Virus record (IMG/VR): IMGVR_UViG_3300023184_000094
Span: 1 to 64,000 of that record
Length of the DNA: 64,000 bases
Source of the DNA: a virus
Direction: 5' to 3' (one strand)
Shown here: positions 48,832 through 59,078 of the stretch, piece after piece
Numbering within the stretch: the first letter of the stretch is position 1
Layout: every line of letters starts with the position of its first letter
The notes under the pieces: generated by a model
What the model saw: only the letters and a program-made list of their open reading frames with translations
The model's database searches: none
What the model was told of the DNA's origin: nothing
Position numbers and translations under genes: made by a program

Positions 48832-49682
48832 CACATCAAGAACAGCAAGGGTTCATGTCCATAGCACAGAATAGTGATGTAGATTATCTACAGCTAGCCT
48901 ACGTGCAGGCAATGAGTGTTAAATTAACCATGCCTGGCAGCAAGTATGCTGTAGCAGTCGACAGCAAAACATTAGAATCAGTCACAGATGCACATCGTAA
49001 GGTATTTGATTACGTTATTACCATAGAAGATGATCAGGCTGAAAATGATACATGGAAGATGCGCAACGAATGGCAGGCATTTTATCTAACACCATTTAAA
49101 GAAACAATTAAGTTAGAAAGTGATCTGGTTATCACTCGTGATATTAGCCATTGGTGGCCTGCTTTTAGATTACGTAATATTGTATTAAGCACAGGATGCC
49201 GCGATTATCTTGGCCAGCTGAGTGATATCAGAGCTTATAGGAAATTGTTTGATGATAACTCTTTACCAGATGTCTACAATGGATTGATGTATTTCCGTTA
49301 CACTCCAGAAGCCGCAGAGTTTTTTTGGTGGGCTAGAGAAATATTTGAAAACTGGGAGTATGTTAGAGATAATCTATTAAAAAATTGTCGAGATGATGAG
49401 CCTACAACAGATGTAGTCTATGCTTTAGCCGCTCAGATCTTAGGAGAGGAACTCTGCACATTACCAGCAATGGATTACATAAACTTTACACATATGAAAC
49501 CAATGGTAAACAAATTTAGCCAGACATTGCCCTGGAATGAATTAGTGGTGCATGAAACAGAATTGCCGATGATACGCATCAATAATGTCAATCAATATCA
49601 TCCACTGCACTATCAAGAAAAATCCTGGGTAACTGATGAACTAGTCGAGGAATATGAAGATGAGTTGGGAAGAAGAGTTTAA
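48819..49682 (+). CDS. GT-A fold glycosyltransferase-like protein (paralog of the upstream gene)
   Basis: TPFKETIKLESD (ExD variant), YNGLMYF, TDVVYALA, FTHMK. Confidence 0.65.
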   Translation: MRKLAHQEQQGFMSIAQNSDVDYLQLAYVQAMSVKLTMPGSKYAVAVDSKTLESVTDAHRKVFDYVITIEDDQAENDTWKMRNEWQAFYLTPFKETIKLESDLVITRDISHWWPAFRLRNIVLSTGCRDYLGQLSDIRAYRKLFDDNSLPDVYNGLMYFRYTPEAAEFFWWAREIFENWEYVRDNLLKNCRDDEPTTDVVYALAAQILGEELCTLPAMDYINFTHMKPMVNKFSQTLPWNELVVHETELPMIRINNVNQYHPLHYQEKSWVTDELVEEYEDELGRRV

Positions 49683-50019
49683 CGCGGCCATGGCCGCCTT
49701 GGGCGGCACTATAGTCCCAGAATCGATCGAGTATCGTTTGCACTATGATGATTCTGGAAAGATCATCTCGTGTAGCCAACAGAACCATCCAGAAGATACA
49801 CAATATTTGGTTGTTGATCAGGAAACCTACGCTAACTACATGAAATATAGTGTAGATGTTAAAAAGAAACAACTCAAAAAGGTTGTAATTGACCCCGGAG
49901 TGAGTGTACAATTAAAGCGTAGTAGCCAAGGTTATGCGGTTGTTCGTCAACACGCAGGATTAATTTTGGAAGAAGGTGAGACTTGGACGGAAGTGGAATA
50001 TTATGAACCAAATAGTTGA
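49654..50019 (+). CDS. Hypothetical protein
   Basis: Fills the gap with overlaps at both ends; start may be 49660. Confidence 0.65.
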   Translation: MKMSWEEEFNAAMAALGGTIVPESIEYRLHYDDSGKIISCSQQNHPEDTQYLVVDQETYANYMKYSVDVKKKQLKKVVIDPGVSVQLKRSSQGYAVVRQHAGLILEEGETWTEVEYYEPNS

Positions 50020-50899
50020 TATAGCAGATCTAGACTGCGTCTATCTTAGTTACGATGAGCCTCGTAAGGAAGAGACTTGGATCAAAATACAGAATATGGT
50101 TCCATGGGCCCAGCGTGTAGACGGAGTTAAAGGCAGTGATGCAGCACATAAAGCCGCTGCCGATGCTAGCACTACAGATCGCTTTGTGTTGATAGATGGT
50201 GATAATATACCAGACGCTGAGTTCTTTAACTTACAATTAACACTTGATGACACTAATAAAGACTGTGTATTCCGTTGGAAGGCACGTAATACGATAAATG
50301 GCTTGATGTATGGCAACGGTGGGTTAAGTTGCTGGACTAAAGAATTTGTCTATGCTATGAAGACACATGAGAATACAGATGGCACAGAAGCTAATGATGT
50401 AGAGTTTTGTTTTTATCCTAACTATTGGGCCATGCATGATTGCTATTCAACTACGTATCCTAACGCAACACCATTCCAAGCCTGGCGAGCAGGTTTCCGT
50501 GAAGGAGTAAAGATGTGCTTAAACAGAGGCAAACGTCCTACATTACAAGAGTTTGAAAATAAAGTCGTTAGTCGTAACTATGATCATTTGTGTATTTGGC
50601 AAACTGTAGGCGCAGATGTTGACAATGGCTTTTGGTCAATATATGGTGCACGCTTGGGCACATGGATGACCATGCTGAACAAAGAATGGGATTATCGACA
50701 AGTGCAGGATTTTGATGCCCTGGCAGAGCTATGGAAAGAGTTTGAGAATGATACACCAGATCATTGCACTAGCATTGGAAATCAATTAAGACAAAAATTA
50801 AGTCTACCTATCGTAGACATGGACCCAGAAGAAAGTAAATTTTTTAAACATCACTATAAGAGTGTATTTAGAAATAAAGGAGTAATGGAACGTGAGTAA
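50003..50899 (+). CDS. Glycosyltransferase-like protein (GT-A)
   Basis: LSYDEP, GVKGSDAAHKAAA, FVLIDGDN (DxD), AWRAGFREGVKM. Confidence 0.6.
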   Translation: MNQIVDIADLDCVYLSYDEPRKEETWIKIQNMVPWAQRVDGVKGSDAAHKAAADASTTDRFVLIDGDNIPDAEFFNLQLTLDDTNKDCVFRWKARNTINGLMYGNGGLSCWTKEFVYAMKTHENTDGTEANDVEFCFYPNYWAMHDCYSTTYPNATPFQAWRAGFREGVKMCLNRGKRPTLQEFENKVVSRNYDHLCIWQTVGADVDNGFWSIYGARLGTWMTMLNKEWDYRQVQDFDALAELWKEFENDTPDHCTSIGNQLRQKLSLPIVDMDPEESKFFKHHYKSVFRNKGVMERE

Positions 50900-52280
50900 A
50901 AGTGAATTTATGAATGCGGCAGAAGAGATGAAAGACAAACTAGGGCATAGCCTTTGTCTAGCTAAATGGCAACAGGTAAGCCTACACTTGCCTACTGGAC
51001 TTAATAATAGTTGCTACCATCCGCCATTGCATGAGATCGATGCGCAACCATTGGAGTTCCATCCTAGTGCTTTACACAATACAGCATATAAGAAAGAACA
51101 ACGTAAAAAGATGCTCAATGGTGAGCGTCCTAAAGAATGTAACTACTGTTGGACCATGGAAGATGCTGGGCATCTTAGTGATCGTCATTATCGTAGTGGT
51201 GAGCCCTGGGCGGCAGAACACTACAATAACATAGTCGATCAACCATGGGACGCAGATGTTACTCCTAGTTATGTAGAAGTAAATTTCAGCCACGGTTGTA
51301 ATCTTGCTTGTAGTTATTGTAGCCCACAGTTCTCAACTGAATGGGGCAAAGATATTGATCGTTGGGGAGCATATCCTACAAAGAGTCCACACAATGATCC
51401 TATGCATTTTAAAGGACGTCGTCAACCTATTCCTGTGCGTGAAAATAATCCCTATGTGGAAGCATTTTGGCGTTGGTGGCCTGATCTATACGGTAGCTTA
51501 AAACACTTCCGCATGACAGGTGGCGAACCTCTGATGGATAAGAACACGCATCGCGTGTTTGATTACATACTTGCTATGCCCAAGAAAGATCTACATGTAG
51601 ATGTTACTAGTAACTTTAGTGTAGAACCAGAACTATTTAACAAATATCTAGACAAAGTAAAACAACTATGCCAGGGTGAGCGTATTGAACATTTCATGCA
51701 GTATGTAAGTTTAGACACAGGCAATCCTGATCACGCGGCTTATATTCGTCATGGACTAAGTCCAAGTCGCCTACACAGTTATGTTCACAAATATCTAACT
51801 GAAGTTCCGCATCGCAACAGCTTGACGTATATCATCACAATGAATAACCTTAGTATCTTAGGCCTTCAACAGTTACTAGAACATATACTTGAACTACGTA
51901 AGCTGTATAGCACTGAATACCAACGTGTTTGGTTTGATACTCCTGTGTTGAGAACGCCAAGTTGGCAAAGCCTGCAGATACTGCCTGAAAGTTATACACG
52001 TATATTAGAAAATGTCATCAAGTGGATGAAGTTAAATCGATTAGATGAAACCAGTGATCGTTATGATGGATTTAAAGATTATGAGATACAACGCTTAGAG
52101 CGTGATCTAGACTGGATGAAGAAAGGTAAGAAGCTAAACGAAAAGTATCTACATGATACACGTGCTGACTTTTATCGCTTCTTTAACGAGTATGACAAAC
52201 GCCGCCAAACAGATTTCCTAGCAACATTTCCACAGATGAAAGATTTTTGGCAGGAGTGTAAATGGCATGCCGAAAACTAA
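50892..52280 (+). CDS. Radical SAM protein with N-terminal auxiliary Fe-S-like domain (#1)
   Basis: CNLACSYC, TGGEP; N-terminal CLAKW...SCYH...CNYC. Confidence 0.88.
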   Translation: MSKSEFMNAAEEMKDKLGHSLCLAKWQQVSLHLPTGLNNSCYHPPLHEIDAQPLEFHPSALHNTAYKKEQRKKMLNGERPKECNYCWTMEDAGHLSDRHYRSGEPWAAEHYNNIVDQPWDADVTPSYVEVNFSHGCNLACSYCSPQFSTEWGKDIDRWGAYPTKSPHNDPMHFKGRRQPIPVRENNPYVEAFWRWWPDLYGSLKHFRMTGGEPLMDKNTHRVFDYILAMPKKDLHVDVTSNFSVEPELFNKYLDKVKQLCQGERIEHFMQYVSLDTGNPDHAAYIRHGLSPSRLHSYVHKYLTEVPHRNSLTYIITMNNLSILGLQQLLEHILELRKLYSTEYQRVWFDTPVLRTPSWQSLQILPESYTRILENVIKWMKLNRLDETSDRYDGFKDYEIQRLERDLDWMKKGKKLNEKYLHDTRADFYRFFNEYDKRRQTDFLATFPQMKDFWQECKWHAEN

Positions 52281-53352
52281 ATTAAAATCGTTTGACTGCC
52301 AGGATATAAATTATTTTGGATCAACATATCAAAATATTGAACTTAAAATTTGTAAAGAACTAGAAGAATTTTTTACTTTTGATGATTATATTCCAATTAT
52401 TACAAGATTGTTCTTTAGTTTAATGAAAGAAAATAATACAATATCAGATAAATCTGTAAATGCTTTAAAAGTATATTTAGATAGTAATCATAATACAAAA
52501 GTAATAATCCTTGATATATTCGAAGGAACTAATATAATTGATTTTATTGACACAGTTGGATTAACAAAATATTGTGAGTTAAATCAAATTTATTTTATAA
52601 CCAGCGGGGAATTGCCACAAAATTGGAAATTCGTTAATATCCATGTTTTTGCTGATCACACGTTTACAACTCATAATCAATATATGACATATACACATCA
52701 TGATGATATATTTTTAAAAACAGTGAAACCATATACGTTTTTATTTTTAAATAAGGTAGCAAGAGATCATAGACAAGCGTTAATAAATCAATTATCAGAT
52801 AAAAATCTATTAGATAAAGCATTATGGTCAGATCTGAGCCAAGGAATTAAAATATCTGATGAATATAAAGATATGTTTAATAATAATAACTATAGCGGTT
52901 TAAAAATTAATAATATTGTATTTCCTTTAAATTGGCCAGACGGCAAAATTTGCCCTGAATTATTTATTGATACATATTTTTCAGTAGTTACCGAAACTAA
53001 TTATAATAATCCATATCAATATTATACAGAAAAAATATATAAAACAATCTTGATCGGACATCCATTTATTGCTGTCTCATCTAAGGGATTTTATAAAGGT
53101 CTAAAAAATCAAGGTTATAAAACATTTGAAAATCTAATAGATGAAACATTTGATCAAATTGATGATAACGATCTTCGTTTGCGTAAAATTGTTAATTCAA
53201 TCGAATACTTATGTAAACAAGATCTAATAAAATTTTTAAAAGAAGCTGAACATATTTGTAAACATAATAGACTAACATTCTTTGAAAATTTAGGAAAAAA
53301 TCAATTTAATAATCATTATAATTTAAAAAATTTTTTAGAACAACTAAACTAA
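52267..53352 (+). CDS. Putative glycosyltransferase (GT10/fucosyltransferase-like C-terminal motif)
   Basis: FSVVTET...TEKIYK.I..GHPFI...G.KTF..LIDE.FD; markedly AT-rich. Confidence 0.5.
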   Translation: MPKTKLKSFDCQDINYFGSTYQNIELKICKELEEFFTFDDYIPIITRLFFSLMKENNTISDKSVNALKVYLDSNHNTKVIILDIFEGTNIIDFIDTVGLTKYCELNQIYFITSGELPQNWKFVNIHVFADHTFTTHNQYMTYTHHDDIFLKTVKPYTFLFLNKVARDHRQALINQLSDKNLLDKALWSDLSQGIKISDEYKDMFNNNNYSGLKINNIVFPLNWPDGKICPELFIDTYFSVVTETNYNNPYQYYTEKIYKTILIGHPFIAVSSKGFYKGLKNQGYKTFENLIDETFDQIDDNDLRLRKIVNSIEYLCKQDLIKFLKEAEHICKHNRLTFFENLGKNQFNNHYNLKNFLEQLN

Positions 53353-53354
53353 TA

Positions 53355-54716
53355 ATGCCAAAAATTAATAACGAAACTGATCTACAATATAAACGCAGAG
53401 TTATTGACATTAAGTCAGCGAGCTTCTGTGGTGCTAAATGGTACAATGCTACTATATGGTTAGGCAGCGGTCAAACCACTAGTTGTCATCATCCCTTACC
53501 GCATCAGGTAAGTATAGAACAAGTTGCGGCTAACCCTAAAGCATTGCATAATACACCGCAAAAGAAAGAGCAACGTCGACAGATGCAGGCGGGTGAAAGA
53601 CCCAGTGGATGTGAATACTGCTGGAAGATTGAAGACATGGCCAATCGAGAAGATGCATCAGATGAAATTATCAGTGACCGTGTTTATAAAACAGTAATTT
53701 ATGAGGATAAAGATTTAGATGAAGCTTTCAATACTCCACCAGAACAAGACGTTAACCTACAAACCTTGGAAATTGCTTTCGATCGCACTTGTCAGCTCGC
53801 TTGCAGCTATTGCAATCCTGCTTTCAGCACTACTTGGGTTCGTGACATTCATCGTAATGGACCATATACCAACTTGGTTTCCGACGGTCGCAACCATTTT
53901 ACTCACACTCATGATAGTAGCCAACTTTATACTATCACTGACGTTAATCCATACGTTGAAGCCTTCTTCAAATGGTGGGAATCAGACCTACACAAGACGC
54001 TCAAAGAACTACGAATCACGGGAGGAGAGCCACTCATGTCAGGATACACATGGCGACTCATCGAATGGTTCAAAGATCACCGAGGTCAGAGCAAAACACG
54101 GCTTGCCATAAACAGCAATCTAGGATTTGAACAAGATAAATTAGAAAGGTTATTAGATGCCACAGAAGGTATTGAACTGGATCTGTATACAAGCAACGAA
54201 AGCACTAGTAGACACGCAGTATATATTCGTGATGGCCTGGATTGGGATCAATGGTGTGATAATGTTACTTACTTATTGGATAGTAAAAGACTGCGTGGCC
54301 TACATGTCATGTGCACCATCAATGCCCTATGCTTACTAAGTCTTAATGAGTTCCTATGGAATATCGTTAATCTTAAAAGGAAATATGGCAGAGATAGTAT
54401 TAACTTTAGTCTAAACATCTTACGCTTTCCTAGTTTCCAAAGTGTTCTAGTATTGCCACTGAGCATACGAGAACAATATGCCAATGATCTAGCTATTAGT
54501 TATGAAATCCTGGCAGATGAGGTAGACTGTCATGAGTTTGAATTTAATCAGCTGGGCAGATTAGTTGAATATCTACGCACTCCAGAACAAGATGCGCAGG
54601 CGTTACAGGTATTGCAACGTGACTTTAAGAACTTTTATGAACAGTATGATCAACGTCGAAGCAAGAACTTTAGGGAAACATTTCCACAATTAACAGAATG
54701 GTATGACACGCTATGA
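53355..54716 (+). CDS. Radical SAM protein with N-terminal auxiliary domain (#2)
   Basis: CQLACSYC, TGGEP; N-terminal CGAKW...SCHH...CEYC; clear paralog of #1. Confidence 0.88.
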   Translation: MPKINNETDLQYKRRVIDIKSASFCGAKWYNATIWLGSGQTTSCHHPLPHQVSIEQVAANPKALHNTPQKKEQRRQMQAGERPSGCEYCWKIEDMANREDASDEIISDRVYKTVIYEDKDLDEAFNTPPEQDVNLQTLEIAFDRTCQLACSYCNPAFSTTWVRDIHRNGPYTNLVSDGRNHFTHTHDSSQLYTITDVNPYVEAFFKWWESDLHKTLKELRITGGEPLMSGYTWRLIEWFKDHRGQSKTRLAINSNLGFEQDKLERLLDATEGIELDLYTSNESTSRHAVYIRDGLDWDQWCDNVTYLLDSKRLRGLHVMCTINALCLLSLNEFLWNIVNLKRKYGRDSINFSLNILRFPSFQSVLVLPLSIREQYANDLAISYEILADEVDCHEFEFNQLGRLVEYLRTPEQDAQALQVLQRDFKNFYEQYDQRRSKNFRETFPQLTEWYDTL

Positions 54717-55378
54717 CAATATTAGCATTTGGATGTAGTGTAACACATGGTGCCGATCTTATATATCCTAACCAGCATGAAGCAAATATAGAATTTAGTT
54801 ATCCTAATCTTGTTGCTCGAACATTAGGAGTAGAATGTAAAAATTATGCTGTATGCGGTATTAGTAATGAGGGTATATTCCACAAAACGATCAACACCTT
54901 GGTGAGATATAAAAGTGGTGAGATCACCGCAGTGATCGTAGGATGGACTAGCACCATGAGAGAATATTGGCGCACAGATAATAGAGAATGGTTTGTTATA
55001 CCTAGTTGGTGTGCTACTGCTGAGGATAATTCTCAGCTTAATTATTTTAAAGATTATACTGATAAAGATGTTAATACATATCCTAGAATCTGTGCTGATA
55101 AAGAAGAATATATGGATCCATTGTCTGACATTTATAATATCATTACCAAATATAAATTTGATATCGAAGAATACGAAAATAAAAAAAATAATTATATTGA
55201 CATGACGAGACTGTTATGTCAAGACAAGGGTGTGCGTTTGATTGAAACCTGTTGTATGGGAACAATCGGTAGCATAGAAATTAATATAGATAATTTTGGA
55301 TCTTGGAGACAAGGAAGGAATCATCCTACAAAAAAAGATCATGACCAAGTTGCACAGCATATATTATTGACATTATGA
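54713..55378 (+). CDS. SGNH/GDSL hydrolase-like protein
   Basis: FGCS.T.G block I, G.SN block II, VGWT, C-terminal HP. Confidence 0.65.
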   Translation: MTILAFGCSVTHGADLIYPNQHEANIEFSYPNLVARTLGVECKNYAVCGISNEGIFHKTINTLVRYKSGEITAVIVGWTSTMREYWRTDNREWFVIPSWCATAEDNSQLNYFKDYTDKDVNTYPRICADKEEYMDPLSDIYNIITKYKFDIEEYENKKNNYIDMTRLLCQDKGVRLIETCCMGTIGSIEINIDNFGSWRQGRNHPTKKDHDQVAQHILLTL

Positions 55379-56664
55379 ACAAACATCATTATCATACACG
55401 TAAACCTGTTTATATTAGCGAAGACCAACTACGTGAAGATCAATTAGCACGCTTAGTTGATAGTAAGGTATTCTGTATGATTCCTTGGATACACATGCAT
55501 GCCTTTCCAGACGGACGAGCATATCCTTGCTGTTTAGGTGACATGGATCACCCCATTGGTAATTTTAAACAAGATACCATGGAACAGGTATGGAATCAAG
55601 ATGCATATAAAACCATGCGTAAGAATATGTTAGAAGAAACGCCCTGTAAAGAATGTAGTAAGTGCTATGAGCAAGAAGATAGTGGGTTCATGAGTATGCG
55701 TAACAGCACAAACAAAAACTTTGGACAACATATCGGTCTGATAGATCAAACTAAAAACGATGGTGTATTTGAAGATTTTAAACTGCGCTATTATGACATA
55801 CGTTTTAGTAATTTATGTAATTTTACCTGTAGAACGTGTGGTAGTGTTTTTAGTAGTGCATGGAATACTGAGGAAACAAAATTATTTAATATAAAAAATA
55901 AAGATTCTATAATGTATGCTGGACGCAATGAAGCTGACATGTGGGAACAAATGCAAGAACATATTCCATATTTAGAGCAGATATATTTTGCCGGTGGTGA
56001 ACCACTGATCATGGAAGAACATTACCGCATACTTAAAGAACTAGTCAAGCGTGAGAGGTTTGATGTTAGATTACAATACAATACTAATTTTAGTAGATTG
56101 AATCTTAAAAATGAAGATGTGTTGGACTATTGGGGATTATTTAAGAACGTTGGTATTGGTGCTAGTTTAGATGCCATGGGTCCTCGAGCTGAATATATAC
56201 GTAAAGGAACCAAGTGGGATGATATAGTTCGCAATCGTGAACGTATGATCGAGAAATGCCCTAATACAGATTTTTATGTTAGTAGCACAGTTAGCATTTA
56301 TAACGCTCTACACGTTATGGATTTTCATCGTGAATGGGTCGACCGTGGTCTTATCAAAGCACAGGATTGGAATATTAATATTCTCCAAGGTCCAGATCGT
56401 GATCGCATCGATGTATTGCCACAGTATTATAAGCAACAAATAATTGAAAAGGTCACTGAACATATTGACTGGCTAGAACCGCAAGATCCATTACAGCGTG
56501 CTACTAGTGGTTACCGTGGTATTTTAAATTTTATTAAAGATGATCGTCGTCATTTGTTAAAAGAGTTTTTTCGTATAAATGATATACTAGATTCATATAG
56601 AGAAGAAAAATTTGAAAATATATTTTTAGAATATTCTGAGTTGAGGAATTATGTCACTACCTGA
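55375..56664 (+). CDS. Radical SAM protein with N-terminal twitch-like domain (#3)
   Basis: CNFTCRTC, AGGEP, YNTN, ASLD; N-terminal CMIPW...PCC...CSKC. Confidence 0.9.
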   Translation: MNKHHYHTRKPVYISEDQLREDQLARLVDSKVFCMIPWIHMHAFPDGRAYPCCLGDMDHPIGNFKQDTMEQVWNQDAYKTMRKNMLEETPCKECSKCYEQEDSGFMSMRNSTNKNFGQHIGLIDQTKNDGVFEDFKLRYYDIRFSNLCNFTCRTCGSVFSSAWNTEETKLFNIKNKDSIMYAGRNEADMWEQMQEHIPYLEQIYFAGGEPLIMEEHYRILKELVKRERFDVRLQYNTNFSRLNLKNEDVLDYWGLFKNVGIGASLDAMGPRAEYIRKGTKWDDIVRNRERMIEKCPNTDFYVSSTVSIYNALHVMDFHREWVDRGLIKAQDWNINILQGPDRDRIDVLPQYYKQQIIEKVTEHIDWLEPQDPLQRATSGYRGILNFIKDDRRHLLKEFFRINDILDSYREEKFENIFLEYSELRNYVTT

Positions 56665-57865
56665 AAAAATTTGTATATTACCTTGGGTTAGCATTGAAGC
56701 CAGTGCTATCGGAACAGCACGCCCTTGTTGTCTTGCCCAAGATGAAATTACCTATCGTGATGAACATGGGATTGAACAAAAATATAATCTTAAAAAACAC
56801 ACTTTAGAAGAGATATATCATAGCCCATATATGCAGCTTTTACGCAGAGATTTTTTATATGGACATAAACCAGCAACATGTAAACGTTGTTGGAATGAAG
56901 AGGCAGCAGGCCGTATAAGTAAACGCATGAACAGCAGAATTAAATTAAAAGAATATTACGACAGTGTTGAATGGCACAATTTAGATCCTAATCAACTTTG
57001 GTTCATTGATCTTAAACTAGGTAATATTTGTAATTTAAAATGTCGCATCTGCGGATCTTGGTCTAGTAGTAAATGGGCTAAAGAAGAAATGGATTATGTT
57101 CCTGGCGATAATAGAAAAGAACATTCAGCATATCTTTGGCTTAAAGAAGGTGCCTGGCCTAGAGAGTCGGAAGTGTTCTGGGATAATCTAAAGAACTTAT
57201 TACCTAACGTCAAATACTTTGAATTCACTGGTGGCGAGCCATTCCTCATTGAACAACACTTTGAATTATTGCGCTATGCTGTAGAACAGGGTTATAGCAA
57301 AAATATAGATATACATTACAATACCAATGGAACAGTATTTCCAGAAGCAGCAGATTTATGGAGTAATTTTAAACACGTTGAAGTAGCATTTAGTATTGAC
57401 AATGTAGGTGATCGCTTTGAATATGAACGCTACGGTGCAGACTGGGAAGAAGTGCAGGAAAATATTGCCAAGTTTACTGCTATGCGTAGTAGTAAAATAT
57501 CAACACAATTATGCACCACAATGAATATACAAAATGTCTACTATCTACCTGAGCTGTGCGATTGGATATCAACCCAAACGTTTGATCATGTTTACTTTAA
57601 TATGTTACATGACCCGTGGCACATGTGTATCAGTAAGATGACTCCGCAAGCACAGGAACTGGTAATTGATAGATTAACTAAACACACATTTGATCCTAAA
57701 TATCGTGCAGAGATTTTGCGTATAGTGCAATTTATACGTAATGGTGAAGGGTCAGATGGCCAAGAATTTTTGCGTAAAATGCAAACCACTGACAAATATA
57801 GAGAACAGAGTTTGCGTGATACGCATAAAGAAATAGCTGAGGCGATGGGATATGAATTCAAATAA
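56651..57865 (+). CDS. Radical SAM protein with N-terminal twitch-like domain (#4)
   Basis: CNLKCRIC, TGGEP, YNTNGT, FSID; N-terminal CILPW...PCC...CKRC. Confidence 0.9.
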   Translation: MSLPEKICILPWVSIEASAIGTARPCCLAQDEITYRDEHGIEQKYNLKKHTLEEIYHSPYMQLLRRDFLYGHKPATCKRCWNEEAAGRISKRMNSRIKLKEYYDSVEWHNLDPNQLWFIDLKLGNICNLKCRICGSWSSSKWAKEEMDYVPGDNRKEHSAYLWLKEGAWPRESEVFWDNLKNLLPNVKYFEFTGGEPFLIEQHFELLRYAVEQGYSKNIDIHYNTNGTVFPEAADLWSNFKHVEVAFSIDNVGDRFEYERYGADWEEVQENIAKFTAMRSSKISTQLCTTMNIQNVYYLPELCDWISTQTFDHVYFNMLHDPWHMCISKMTPQAQELVIDRLTKHTFDPKYRAEILRIVQFIRNGEGSDGQEFLRKMQTTDKYREQSLRDTHKEIAEAMGYEFK

Positions 57866-59078
57866 TAATTTAGAAAATATCTACAAAGAATTAGGAAAAG
57901 ATGTTTGTTTGTTTCCGTTCTTTGGAGGGTTTTATCAGACCCACGGGGTATCTCACATTCAATCGGTGAACAACACTATCAGACCGTGTAGTTTAATCAA
58001 AGGTACCGATAAATGGAAAGTCATTGATTCCTCCCTATTACAAACAAGAAATACCGAAAGTTGGAAAAATCTCAGGAAAAATTTCATCGAAAAATCATGT
58101 CATGACAATGCTGACTGTTTAACTTGCAGCCAAGCTGAAAGGTCAGGAGGCAATAGTCCACGGATACTAAATAATCAGTTTTATGTTGAACATTTATCAA
58201 TTGATATCGTTAAAGAAATTAAACACATTATTAAAAATGATTATCAGAGTAATAATCTTGTAAGTTTAGATTTTTTTCCGTCAAGTTATTGTAATTATGA
58301 ATGTATTATGTGTAGCGGCATCGCTTCTAGTAAACGATGGATATTTGAACGAAAGTTAAATAGTAGACTCCACGATCTAGAAATTATCGAAAATAAATCA
58401 GACAAAGATTTTTATGACATATTAAACACTGTTGAAGTTATTAATTTTACCGGCGGCGAAACGATAATGCAGAAACAAGCGCATGAATTAATGGACTATC
58501 TGATAAAAAAAGATCTTGCTAAAAATATAATCATAACTTTATTAACAAACGCTAGTGCTTATCCTAACACACTAATAGAAAAATTTAAATTATTTAAAAA
58601 TGTGTTTTATACAATTAGCATTGATGGGATTGGCGATACGATCGAATATCAACGACGTGGATCTAAATGGAAAACTGTTGAGAAAAATGCATTAAAATTA
58701 TTGGAATCAATGGGATGTACGATTAATTATGTATTAACTGCTGTAAATGTTTTTAGCATATTAGATTTTATTTCTTGGTTAAACGAACATAAGATCAATG
58801 ATAGAATTTTTATTAGTTTAGTTTTTAATACAGAATACCTTTCGATAGCTGTTATTCCCCCTGAGCTCAGAGAGTCTTTATTGAATAGATTACAACTTGC
58901 AAGATCTGTATATACTACAAATCAAGATATCATTGATAGAGTATTAGAAATATTTAATCAAATTGAATATCAACCTTCGCTACTACCTGAATTTATAAAA
59001 CATATTAAAATAGAAGATAATGCTAGTAAAAAGACACTAGCAGAAGTTGTTCCTGAATGGGCGCCATATTTTAAATGA
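57852..59078 (+). CDS. Radical SAM protein with N-terminal twitch-like domain (#5)
   Basis: CNYECIMC, TGGET, ISIDG; N-terminal CLFPF...RPC...CLTC; AT-rich. Confidence 0.88.
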   Translation: MNSNNNLENIYKELGKDVCLFPFFGGFYQTHGVSHIQSVNNTIRPCSLIKGTDKWKVIDSSLLQTRNTESWKNLRKNFIEKSCHDNADCLTCSQAERSGGNSPRILNNQFYVEHLSIDIVKEIKHIIKNDYQSNNLVSLDFFPSSYCNYECIMCSGIASSKRWIFERKLNSRLHDLEIIENKSDKDFYDILNTVEVINFTGGETIMQKQAHELMDYLIKKDLAKNIIITLLTNASAYPNTLIEKFKLFKNVFYTISIDGIGDTIEYQRRGSKWKTVEKNALKLLESMGCTINYVLTAVNVFSILDFISWLNEHKINDRIFISLVFNTEYLSIAVIPPELRESLLNRLQLARSVYTTNQDIIDRVLEIFNQIEYQPSLLPEFIKHIKIEDNASKKTLAEVVPEWAPYFK